Origin: Eledone cirrhosa
Taxonomy: Eukaryota
Length of the DNA stretch: 64,000 nucleotides
Reading direction: 5' to 3'
Assembly: GCA_964016885.1 (NCBI GenBank)
Contig: OZ024742.1
Span: forward strand, 318,184,001-318,248,000
The notes under the pieces were generated by a model. The model searched no databases. It was not told the DNA's origin and saw only the letters and a list, made by a program, of their open reading frames with translations. Below, in pieces: positions 52,501-64,000 of the stretch; the first letter of the stretch is position 1, and each line of letters opens with the position of its first letter. The position numbers and the translations under genes were made by a program.

Positions 52501-53021
52501 ACTTCCAGAAGTCCCTGGCCTGGCAGTGCTACCGAGGGGCTTTACCCGTTCGAGAAAGGCTCTACAGACACGGGCGCCCGGGTCGGGACCCCGCCAAAAA
52601 GATCTGTCCCAGATGCGTGTGCGACGAGGAAACCGTTGCACACGCATTGGTACACTGCTCGGGCGTAGCCGATCTGTGGGGCTATGTCGAACAACTGCTG
52701 TCAAGGGTGGGACCGATCCGGTTGACCACCGAGTCTATTGTAATGATCAAGCCGGCTCCCCCCTTCAAAGATGAAGCAGAGGCGGTGTTTCTGTGCGTAA
52801 TAGCCATGGCGAAAGAGGTTGTATGGTGGACGCGTCTGAAAGGACTGAGGTCAGGCACCTTTCTCTCTGGCCAACAACTGGTCCGTTTCTTCCGATATCA
52901 TTTCGGAAGAAGGATCAGGATGGAGAGAGAGGTGCTGCACCCCAGCCGTTTCTATGAAAGATGGGTGAAAGTGGCGAGAATGGCCCGTGTGAATGGGCCT
53001 TCACTCTACATCAGACTATAG
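49584..53021 (+). CDS. LINE ORF2: AP endonuclease, reverse transcriptase and C-terminal zinc finger
   Basis: Uninterrupted frame with first ATG at 49584. APE motifs: CLNARGL, GDWNG, SYLDRF, SDHKLV, then GPGYWKLN. RT motifs: KSPGLDGLPYELY, NFRPITLLN, LDQSKAFDRVDH, IRQGCPLS, AYADDV. C-terminal CPRC...ETVAHALVHC. Confidence 0.96.
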   Translation: MAMLRVGCLNARGLGSTWKQAMLLNDLRSQRIDVMVICEARISNVRQLAPTFDDFEMHASLCQPGGGGGVVVLLQKHLGLATQMVHLDPEGRLVVLDLGSGKGGAFRLVAAYGPFGSMRPDFFHRLETFLGTSRSLLLVGDWNGILDARWDYVGACPDREGCNSLKGLIGRFDLADRYRLDFPTAPTWTWANRSGSSRSYLDRFLVRIKDKDFLSCPKMRMVGYSDHKLVTCMVNLDRTHRQGPGYWKLNLSLPASRAYRNRISTLVKERLTGAIVNSRWWVSLKREIRVVSIEFSKVLAADRNRKERELIDRVEEAIRSGDVARVLASRTALSQFFDAKHEGCVVRSKIRALGNEGTKAVSWARVTEANSGTKSTIRSLRDLDGRAILEPKQMCEAFQRHFSRLFGRGGEPVGNVDFGPYLDGLPRLSDREAKSCEEPISAAEIEDVLSQCGKRKSPGLDGLPYELYLTIPDLFPDLLEAVYCNWQQNGRIPCTVTKGVVTLVRKDENKGDEISNFRPITLLNTELQILAKVLAKRLALVVGNLVGDAQTCAIPSRSIHDNLHLMRYIIERVGNEPGFGGALINLDQSKAFDRVDHGYLDAVLAAAGFGPVFRGWITAMHSSRICSRVKVNGYLSEPFQIARSIRQGCPLSSLLYVLTLEPLLRKLELLQGIPLEPGLRKAVSAYADDVTVMVSTASEIEAVGTLLEEYERFTGAKLNRDKSIGLQLGTWRGRPMPSDSVVGRWTEGPVKLLGVWFGPDLQVEKNWAEVTNRVFALTQKWASCKLSLKGRAEVANTYIASVIYYRLTVVPCPRETLTKMERALFQFLWKRRAPMVRRSICCQHPSKGGLGMPWLMMRKHALRLRHLYVFLTGQPVWASFVRRTFPRLVSLTELQSWVKQRPRKLGAWHTECAQALTALWQADPVISGDSTATFYRGLVRSRCDDALGEALDMEEDELASLFGRKFSPGPMDNFQKSLAWQCYRGALPVRERLYRHGRPGRDPAKKICPRCVCDEETVAHALVHCSGVADLWGYVEQLLSRVGPIRLTTESIVMIKPAPPFKDEAEAVFLCVIAMAKEVVWWTRLKGLRSGTFLSGQQLVRFFRYHFGRRIRMEREVLHPSRFYERWVKVARMARVNGPSLYIRL

Positions 53022-53284
53022 GTGAGGAAGATGAAAGACCAAGGGAGCACCCCTTCTCTGTGCTCCTGAGGAGAAGGGTTGCACACTTTTTTCGGGGGTG
53101 TGTGCGACCCCCCAAGGCGCCTCCTCTCTATTGAGGATTTTGTTAAAAATTTTATTTTTTGTTATATCTTATTTTATTTTTATATTTTGTTATTGCCTCC
53201 TCCTTATTGAGGATGCCTTTTTGTGTAAACTCCCCCCTTTGTACTTGTCCCACTTTTGATGCCCTAGTGGCAAATAAAAGAAAC

Positions 53285-56200
53285 ATATCTTTAACGCAGT
53301 GTAAAGACTACTATCTTTAACCCAGGTAGTGACTACTATCTTTAACCCAGGGTAGTGACTACTATCTATAACCCAGGTAGTGACTACTATCTTTAACCCA
53401 GATAGTGACTACTATCTTTAACCCAGTGTAAAGACTACTATCTTTAACCCAGGTAGTGACTACTATCTTTAACCCAGTGTAAAGACTACTATCTTTAACC
53501 CAGGTAGTGACTACTATCTTTAACCCAGGTAGTGACTACTATCTTTAACCCAGATAGTGACTACTATCTTTAACCCAGTGTAAAGACTACTATCTTTAAC
53601 CCAGGTAGTGACTACTATCTTTAACCCAGGTAGTGACTACTATCTTTAACCCAGGGTAGTGACTACTATCTATAACCCAGGTAGTGACTACTATCTTTAA
53701 CCCAGATAGTGACTACTATCTTTAACCCAGTGTAAAGACTACTATCTTTAACCCAGGTAGTGACTACTATCTTTAACCCAGTGTAAAGACTACTATCTTT
53801 AACCCAGGTAGTGACTACTATCTTTTACCCAGGTAGTGACTACTATCTTTAACCCAGATAGTGACTACTATCTTTAACCCAGTGTAAAGACTACTATCTT
53901 TAACCCAGGTAGTGACTACTATCTTTAACCCAGGTAGTGACTACTATCTTTAACCCAGGGTAGTGACTACTATCTTTTACCCAGGGTAGTGACTACTATC
54001 TTTAACCCAGGGTAGTGACTACTATCTTTAACCCAGGGTAGTGACTACTACCTTTAACCCAGGGTAGTGACTACTATCTTTAAGCCAGGGTAGTGACCAC
54101 TATCTTTAACCCAGGGTAGTGACTACTATCTTTAACTCAGGGTAGTGACTACTACCTTTAACCCATGGTAGTGACTACTATCTTTAACCTATGGTAGTGA
54201 CTACGATCTTTAACCCAGGGTAGTGACTACAATCTTTAACGCAGGTCGTGACTACTGTCTTTATCCCAGGTAGTGACTACTATCTTTAACCCAGGGTAGT
54301 GACTAGTATCTTTAACCCAGGATAGTGACTACTATCTTTAACCCAGGGTAGTGACTACTATCTTTAACCCAGGTAGTGACTAATATCTTTAACCCAGGGT
54401 AGTGACTACTATCTTTAACCCAGTGTAGTGACTACTATCTTTAACCCAGGATAGTGACTACTATCTTTAACCCAGGATAGTGACTACTATCTTTAACCCA
54501 GGGTAGTGACTACTATCTTTAACCAAGGGTAGTGACTAGTATCTTTAACCCAGGATAGTGACTACTATCTTTAACCCAGGGTAGTGACTACTATCTTTAA
54601 CCCAGGTAGTGACTAATATCTTTAACCCAGGGTAGTGACTACTATCTTTAACCCAGTGTAGTGACTACTATCTTTAACCCAGGATAGTGACTACTATCTT
54701 TAACCCAGGATAGTGACTACTATCTTTAACCCAGGTAGTGACTTCTATCTTTAACCCAGGTAGCGACTACTATCTTTAACCCAGGGTAGTGACTACTATC
54801 TTTAACCCAGGGTAGTGACTACTATCTTTAACCAAGGGTAGTGACTACTATCTTTAACCCAGGTAGTGACTTCTATCTTTAACCCAGGTAGCGACTACTA
54901 TCTTTAACCCAGGGTAGTGACTACTATCTTTTACCCAGGTAGGGACTACTATCTTTAACACAGGGTAGTGACTACTATCTTTAACCCAGGTAGTGACTAC
55001 TATCTTTAACCCAGGTAGTGACTACTATCTTTAACCCTGGGTAGTGACTACTATCTTTAACACAGGGTAGTGACTACTATCTTTAACCCAGGGTAGTGAC
55101 TACTATCTTTAACCCAGGTAGTAACTACTATCTTTAACCCAGGTAGTGACTACTATCTTTAACCCAGGATAGTGACTACTATCTTTAACCCAGGGTAGTG
55201 ACTACTATCTTTAACCCAGGTAGTAACTACTATCTTTAACCCAGGTAGTGACTACTATCTTTAACCCAGGTAGTGACTACTATCTTTAACCCAGGTAGTG
55301 ACTACTATCTTTAACCCAGGATAGTGACTACTATCTTTAACCCCGGTAGTGACTTCTATCTTTAACCCAGGGTAGTGACTACTATCTTTAACCAAGGTAG
55401 TGACTACTATCTTTAACCCCGGTAGTGACTTCTATCTTTAACACAGGGTAGTGACTACTATCTTTAACCAAGGGTAGTGACTACTATCTTGAACCCAGGT
55501 AGTGACTACTTCTATCTTTAACCCAGGTAGCGACTACTATCTTTAACCCAGGGTAGTGACTACTATCTTTAACCCAGGTAGTGACTACTATCTTTAACCC
55601 CGGTAGTGACTACTATCTTTAACCAAGGTAGTGACTACTATCTTTAACCCAGGTAGTGACTACTATCCTTAACCCAGGTAGTGACTACTATCTTTAACCC
55701 AGGGTAGTGGCTACTATCTTTAACCCAGGGTAGTGACTACTATCTTTAACCAAGGTAGTGACTACTATCTTTAACCTAGGGTAGTGACTACTATCTTTAA
55801 CCCAGGTAGTGACTACTATCTTTAACCCAGGTAGTGACTACTATCTTTAACCCAGGGTAGTGACTACTATCTATAACCCAGGGTAGTGACTACTATCCTT
55901 AACCCAGGTAGTGACTACTATCTTTAACCCAGGGTAGTGACTACTATCTTTAACCCAGGTAGTGACTACTATCTTTAACAAAGGTAGTGACTACTATCTT
56001 TAACCCAGGTAGTGACTACTATCTTTAACCCAGGGTAGTGACTACTATCTTTAACCAAGGTAGTGACTACTATCTTTAACCCAGGTAGTGACTACTATCT
56101 TTAACCCAGGTAGTGACTACTATCTTTAACCCAGGATAGTGACTATTATCTTTAACCCCGGTAGTGACTTCTATCTTTAACCCAGGGTAGTGACTACTAT

Positions 56201-59200
56201 CTTTAACCCAGGTAGTGACTACTATCTTTAACCCAGGGTAGTGACTACTATCTTTAACCCAGGGTAGTGACTACTATCTTTAACCCAGGTAGTGACTACT
56301 ATCTATAACCCAGTGTAGTGACTACTGTCTTTAACCCAGGGTAGTGACTACTATCTTTAACCCAGGTAGTGACTACTATCTTTAACCCAGGTAGTGACTA
56401 CTATCTTTAACCCAGGTAGTGACTACTATCTTTAACCCAGGTAGTGACTACTATCTTTAACCCAGGTAGTGACTACTATCTTTAACCCAGTGTAGTGACT
56501 ACTATCTTTAACCCAGGGTAGTGACTACTATCTTTAACCCAGGGTAGTGACTACTATCTTTAACCCAGGTAGTGACTACTATCTTTAACACAGGGTAGTG
56601 ACTACTATCTTTAACCAAGGGTAGTGACTACTATCTTTAACCCAGGTAGTGACTTCTATCTTTAACCCAGGTAGCGACTACTATCTTTAACCCAGGTAGT
56701 GACTACTATCTTTAACCCCGGTAGTGACTACTATCTTTAACCAAGGTAGTGACTACTATCTTTAACCCAGGTAGTGACTACTATCTTTAACCCAGGGTAG
56801 TGACTACTATCTTTAACCAAGGTAGTGACTACTATCTTTAACCAAGGTAGTGACTACTATCTTTAACCCAGGTAGTGACTACTATCTTTAACCCAGGTAG
56901 TGACTACTATCTTTAACCCAGGATAGTGACTACTATCTTTAACCCCGGTAGTGACTTCTATCTTTAACCCAGGGTAGTGACTACTATCTTTAACCCAGGT
57001 AGTGACTACTATCTTTAACACAGGGTAGTGACTACTATCTTTAACCCAGGTAGTGACTACTATCTTTAACCCCGGTAGTGACTACTATCTTTAACCCAGG
57101 GTAGTGACTACTATCTTTAACCCAGGTAGTGACTACTATCTTTAACCCAGGGTAGTGACTACTATCTTTAACCCAGGGTAGTGACTACTATCTTTAACCC
57201 AGGTAGTGACTACTATCTATAACCCAGTGTAGTGACTACTGTCTTTAACCCAGGGTAGTGACTACTATCTTTAACCCAGGTAGTGACTACTATCTTTAAC
57301 CCAGGTAGTGACTACTATCTTTAACCCAGGTAGTGACTACTATCTTTAACCCAGGTAGTGACTACTATCTTTAACCCAGGTAGTGACTACTATCTTTAAC
57401 CCAGTGTAGTGACTACTATCTTTAACCCATGGTAGTGACTACTATCTTTAACCCAGGGTAGTGACTACTATCTTTAACCCAGGTAGTGACTACTATCTTT
57501 AACCCAGGGTAGTGACTACTATCTTTAACCCAGGTAGTAACTACTATCTTTAACCCAGGTAGTGACTACTATCTTTAACCCAGGTAGTGACTACTATCTT
57601 TAACCCAGTGTAGTGACTACTATCTTTAACCCATGGTAGTGACTACTATCTTTAACCCAGGGTAGTGACTACTATCTTTAACCCAGGTAGTGACTACTAT
57701 CTTTAACCCAGGGTAGTGACTACTATCTTTAACCCAGGTAGTAACTACTATCTTTAACCCAGGTAGTGACTACTATCTTTAATCCAGGGTAGTGACTACT
57801 ATCTTTAACCCAGGTAGTGACTACTATCTTTTACCCCGGTAGTGACTACTATCTTTAACCCAGGGTAGTGACTACTATCTTTAACCCAGGGTAGTGACTA
57901 CTATCTTTAACCCAGGTAGTGACTACTATCTTTAACCCAGGGTAGTGACTACTATCTTAACCCAGATAGTGACTACTATCTTTAACACAGGGTAGTGACT
58001 ACTATCTTTAACCCAGGGTAGTGACTACTATCTTTAACCCAGGGTAGTGACTACTATCTTTAACACAGGGTAGTGACTACTATCTTTAACCCAGGTAGTG
58101 ACTACTATCTATAAGCCAGGGTAGTGACTACTATCTTTAACCCAGTGTAGTGACTACTATCTTTAACCAGGGTAGTGACTACTATCTATAACCCAGGGTA
58201 GTGACTACTGTCTTTAACCCAGGGTAGTGACTACTATCTATAACCCAGGGTAGTGACTACTATCTTTAACACAGGGTAGTGACTAGTATCTTTAACCCAG
58301 GGTAGTGACTACTATCTTTAACCCAGGTAGTGACTTCTATCTTTAACCCAGGTAGCGACTACTATCTTTAACCCAGGGTAGTGACTACTATCTTTAACCC
58401 AGGGTAGTGACTACTATCTTTAACACAGGGTAGTGACTACTATCTTTAACCCAGGGTAGTGACTTCTATCTTTAACCCAGGGTAGTGACTACTATCTTTA
58501 ACCCAGGATAGTGACTACTATCTTTAACCCCGGTAGTGACTACTATCTTTAACCCAGGGTAGTGACTACTATCTTTAACCCAGGTAGTGACTACTATCTT
58601 TAACCCAGGGTAGTGACTACTATCTTTAACCCAGGTAGTGACTACTATCTTTAACACAGGGTAGTGACTACTATCTTTAACCCAGGTAGTGACTACTATC
58701 TTTAACCCAGTGTAAAGACTACTATCTTTAACCCAGGTAGTGACTACTATCTTTAACCCAGGGTAGTGACTACTATCTTTAACCCAGGTAGTGACTACTA
58801 TCTTTAACCCAGATAGTGACTACTATCTTTAACGCAGTGTAAAGACTACTATCTTTAACCCAGGTAGTGACTACTATCTTTAACCCAGGGTAGTGACTAC
58901 TATCTATAACCCAGGTAGTGACTACTATCTTTAACCCAGATAGTGACTACTATCTTTAACCCAGTGTAAAGACTACTATCTTTAACCCAGGTAGTGACTA
59001 CTATCTTTAACCCAGGTAGTGACTACTATCTTTAACCCAGGGTAGTGACTACTATCTTTTACCCAGGGTAGTGACTACTATCTTTAACCCAGATAGTGAC
59101 TACTATCTTTAACCCAGGGTAGTGACTACTATCTTTAACCCAGGGTAGTGACTACTATCTTTAACCCAGGGTAGTGACTACTATCTTTAACCCAGGGTAG

Positions 59201-62200
59201 TGACTACTACCTTTAACCCAGGGTAGTGACTACTATCTTTAAGCCAGGGTAGTGACCACTATCTTTAACCCAGGGTAGTGACTACTATCTTTAACTCAGG
59301 GTAGTGACTACTACCTTTAACCCATGGTAGTGACTACTATCTTTAACCCAGGGTAGTGACTACTGTCTTTAACCCAGGGTAGTGACTACTATCTTTAACC
59401 CAGGTAGTGACTACTGTCTTTATCCCAGGTAGTGACTACTATCTTTAACCCAGGGTAGTGACTACTATCTTTAACCCAGGTAGTGACTACTGTCTTTATC
59501 CCAGGTAGTGACTACTATCTTTAACCCAGGGTAGTGACTAGTATCTTTAACCCAGGTAGTGACTAATATCTTTAACCCAGGGTAGTGACTACTATCTTTA
59601 ACCCAGTGTAGTGACTACTATCTTTAACCCAGGATAGTGACTACTATCTATAACCCAGGGTAGTGACTACTATCTTTAACCCAGGGTAGTGACTACTATC
59701 TTTAACACAGTGTAGTGACTACTATCTTTAACCCAGGGTAGTGACTACTATCTTTAACCCAGGTAGTGACATCTATCTTTAACCCAAGTAATGACTACTA
59801 TCTTTAACCCAGGGTAGTGACTACTATCTTCAACCCAGGGTAGTGACTACTATCTTTAACCCAGGTAGTGACTACTATCTTTAACCCAGGTAGTGACTAC
59901 TATCTTTAACCAAGGTAGTGACTACTATCTTTAACCCAGGTAGTGACTACTATCTTTAACCCAGGGTAGTGACTACTATCTTTAACCCAGGTAGTGACTA
60001 CTATCTTTAACCCAGGGTAGTGACTACTATCTTCAACCCAGGGTAGTGACTACTATCTTTAACTCAGGGTAGTGACTACTATCTTTAACCCAGGTAGTGA
60101 CTACTATCTTTAACCCACGTAGTGACTACTATCTTTAACCCAGGTAGTGACTACTATCTTTAACCCAGGTAGTGACTACTATCTTTAACACAGGGTAGTG
60201 ACTACTATCTTTAACCCAGGTAGTGACTACTATCTTTAACCCAGGTAGTGACTACTATCTTTAACCCAGGTAGTGACTACTATCTTTAACACAGGGTAGT
60301 GACTACTATCTTTAACCCAGGGTAGTGACTACTATCTTTAACCCAGGTAGTGACTACTATCTATAACCCAGGGTAGTGACTACTATCTTTAACCCAGGTA
60401 GTGACTACTATCTTTAACCCAGGTAGTGACTACTATCTTTAACCCAGTGTAGTGACTACTGTCTTTAACCCAGGGTAGTGACTACTATCTTTAACCCAGG
60501 GTAGTGACTACTATCTTTAACCCAGGTAGTGACTACTATCTTTAACCCAGGGTAGTGACTACTATCTTTAACCCAGGTAGTGACTACTATCTTTAACCCA
60601 GGTAGTGACTACTATCTTTAACCCAGTGTAGTGACTACTATCTTTAACCCAGGGTAGTGACTACTATCTTTAACCCAGGGTAGTGACTACTATCTTTAAC
60701 CCAGGTAGTGACTACTATCTTTAACCCAGGGTAGTGACTACTATCTTTAACCCAGGTAGTAACTACTATCTTTAACCCAGGTAGTGACTACTATCTTTAA
60801 TCCAGGGTAGTGACTACTATCTTTAACCCAGGTAGTGACTACTATCTTTTACCCCGGTAGTGACTACTATCTTTAACCCAGGGTAGTGACTACTATCTTT
60901 AACCCAGGTTAGTGACTACTATCTTTACCCAGGTAGTGACTACTATCTTTAACTCAGGGTAGTGACTACTATCTATAACCCAGTTTAGTGACTACTGTCT
61001 TTAACCCAGGGTAGTGACTACTATCTTTAACGCAGGTAGTGACTACTATCTTTAACCCAGGGTAGTGACTACTATCTTTAACCCAGGGTAGAGACTACTA
61101 TTTTTAACCCAGGTAGTGACTACTATCTTTAACCCAGGGTAGTGACTACTATCTTTAACCCAGGGTAGTGACTACTATCTTTAACCCAGATAGTGACTAC
61201 TATCTTTAACACAGGGTAGTGACTACTATCTTTAACCCAGGGTAGTGACTACTATCTTTAACCCAAGGTAGTGACTACTATCTTTAACACAGGGTAGTGA
61301 CTACTATCTTTAACCCAGTGTAGTGACTACTATCTTTAACCAGGGTAGTGACTACTATCTATAACCCAGGGTAGTGACTACTGTCTTTAACCCAGGGTAG
61401 TGACTACTATCTATAACCCAGGGTAGTGACTACTGTCTTTAACCCAGGGTAGTGACTACTATCTTTAACACAGGGTAGTGACTAGTATCTTTAACCCAGG
61501 GTAGTGACTACTATCTTTAACCCAGGTAGTGACTTCTATCTTTAACCCAGGTAGCGACTACTATCTTTAACCCAGGGTAGTGACTACTATCTTTAACCCA
61601 GGGTAGTGACTACTATCTTTAACACAGGGTAGTGACTACTATCTTTAACCCAGGGTAGTGACTTCTATCTTTAACCCAGGGTAGTGACTACTATCTTTAA
61701 CCCAGGATAGTGACTACTATCTTTAACCCCGGTAGTGACTACTATCTATAACCCAGGGTAGTGACTACTATCTTTAACCCACGTAGTGACTACTATCTTT
61801 AACCCAGGGTAGTGACTACTATCTTTAACCCAGGTAGTGACTACTATCTTTAACACAGGGTAGTGACTACTATCTTTAACCCAGGTAGTGACTACTATCT
61901 TTAACCCAGTGTAAAGACTACTATCTTTAACCCAGGTAGTGACTACTATCTTTAACCCAGGGTAGTGACTACTATCTTTAACACAGGGTAGTGACTACTA
62001 TCTTTAACCCAGGTAGTGACTACTATCTTTTACCCAGATAGTGACTACTATCTTTAACGCAGTGTAAAGACTACTATCTTTAACCCAGGTAGTGACTACT
62101 ATCTTTAACCCAGGGTAGTGACTACTATCTATAACCCAGGTAGTGACTACTATCTTTAACCCAGATAGTGACTACTATCTTTAACCCAGTGTAAAGACTA

Positions 62201-64000
62201 CTATCTTTAACCCAGGTAGTGACTACTATCTTTAACCCAGGTAGTGACTACTATCTTTAACCCAGGGTAGTGACTACTATCTTTTACCCAGGGTAGTGAC
62301 TACTATCTTTAACCCAGATAGTGACTACTATCTTTAACCCAGGGTAGTGACTACTATCTTTAACCCAGGGTAGTGACTACTATCTTTAACCCAGGGTAGT
62401 GACTACTATCTTTAACCCAGGGTAGTGACTACTACCTTTAACCCAGGGTAGTGACTACTATCTTTAAGCCAGGGTAGTGACCACTATCTTTAACCCAGGG
62501 TAGTGACTACTATCTTTAACTCAGGGTAGTGACTACTACCTTTAACCCATAGTAGTGACTACTATCTTTAACCTATGGTAGTGACTACTATCTTTAACCC
62601 AGGGTAGTGACTACTATCTTTAACCCAGGTAGTGACTACTGTCTTTATCCCAGGTAGTGACTACTATCTTTAACCCAGGGTAGTGACTAGTATCTTTAAC
62701 CCAGGTAGTGACTAATATCTTTAACCCAGGGTAGTGACTACTATCTTTAACCCAGTGTAGTGACTACTATCTTTAACCCAGGATAGTGACTACTATCTAT
62801 AACCCAGGGTAGTGACTACTATCTTTAACCCAGGGTAGTGACTACTATCTTTAACACAGTGTAGTGACTACTATCTTCAACCCAGGGTAGTGACTACTAT
62901 CTTTAACCCAGGTAGTGACATCTATCTTTAACCCAAGTAATTACTACTATCTTTAACCCAGGGTAGTGACTACTATCTTCAACCCAGGGTAGTGACTACT
63001 ATCTTTAACCCAGGTAGTGACTACTATCTTTAACCCAGGGTAGTGACTACTATCTTTAACCCAGGTAGTGACTACTAACTTTAACCCAGGTAGTGACTAC
63101 TATCTTTAACCCAGGGTAGTGACTACTATCTTTAACCCAGGTAGTGACTACTATCTTTAACATAGGGTAGTGACTACTATCTTTAACCCAGGGCAGTGAC
63201 TACTATCTTTAACCCAGGGTAGTGACTACTATCTTTAACCCAGGGTAGTGACTACTATCTTTAACCCAGGTAGTGACTACTATCTTTAACCCCAGTAGTG
63301 ACTACTATCTTTAACCCAGGGTAGTGACTACTATCTATAACCCAGGTAGTGACTACTATCTTTAACCCAGGGTAGTTACTACTATCTTTAACCCAGGTAG
63401 TGACTACTATCTTTAAACCAGGTTAGTGACTACTATCTATAACCCAGGTAGTGACTACTATCTTTAACCCAGGTAGTGACTACTATCTTTAACCCAGGGT
63501 AGTGACTACTATCTTTAACCCAGGATAGTGACTACTATCTTTTACCCCGGTAGTGACTACTATCTTTAACCCAGGGTAGTGACTACTATCTTTAACCCAG
63601 GTAGTGACTACTATCTTTTACCCCGGTAGTGACTACTATCTTTAACCCAGGGTAGTGACTACTATCTTTAACCCAGGGTAGTGACTACTATCTTTACCCA
63701 GGTAGTGACTACTATCTTTAACCCAGGGTAGTGACTACTATCTTTAACCCAGGTAGTGACTACTATCTTTAACCCAGGGTAGTGACTACTATCTTTAACC
63801 CAGGATAGTGACTACTATCTTTTACCCCGGTAGTGACTACTATCTTTAACCCAGGGTAGTGACTACTATCTTTAACCCAGGTAGTGACTACTATCTTTTA
63901 CCCCGGTAGTGACTACTATCTGAAACCCAGGGTAGTGACTACTATCTTTAACCCAGGGTAGTGACTACTATCTTTACCCAGGTAGTGACTACTATCTTTA
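53285..64000. repeat. Satellite array 2: same 25/26-bp monomer, >10.7 kb (roughly 420 copies), runs off the window
   Basis: Same monomer and orientation as array 1, with its own variants (CAGTGTAAAGAC, AACCCCGG, ACCAAGGT). Confidence 0.99.

Larger units (their letters stand above)
47655..53284 (+). mobile_element. Apparently full-length Tx1/L1-group non-LTR retrotransposon (~5.6 kb)
   Basis: 5' hairpin, ORF1 with a CCHC knuckle, ORF2 with APE-RT-Zn finger, a 260-bp 3' UTR with AATAAA (53273-53278) and a short A-rich tail. The 5' boundary is approximate. Confidence 0.93.

Noticed and set aside
47823-52774. Short overlapping or antisense ORFs within the LINE
   Set aside because: Expected by chance in GC-rich or (AAC)n-rich coding sequence; no motifs.
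58472-58657. Repetitive ORF in the satellite
   Set aside because: A chance open frame produced by alternating 25/26-mers.

Overview
Eukaryotic (animal) repeat-rich genomic DNA with no recognisable host gene. The tRNA-derived SINE resembles octopus/cephalopod SINEs, but that taxon guess is from memory only. About 46 kb of the 64 kb is one 25/26-bp satellite, (CTTTAACCCAGG[G]TAGTGACTACTAT)n, in two same-orientation arrays (9215-44812 and 53285-64000) with kb-scale higher-order duplications. Between them lies an 8.5-kb island containing a decayed Penelope-like fragment, a SINE, (TA)n tracts and an apparently full-length, intact Tx1/L1-group LINE whose 3' end abuts the satellite. The first 9 kb is a cluster of transposons: (1) an open Penelope-like RT frame running off the window, missed by the ORF track; (2) a non-autonomous Helitron; (3) a Naiad-type Penelope-like element forming a ~4.1-kb palindrome (1.55-kb arms around a GIY-YIG ORF) with hammerhead-ribozyme motifs; (4) a CRE-like RLE fragment; (5) a Tc1/mariner MITE; (6) four stacked SINEs sharing one target sequence. 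All calls were made by eye from motifs, with no database searches.
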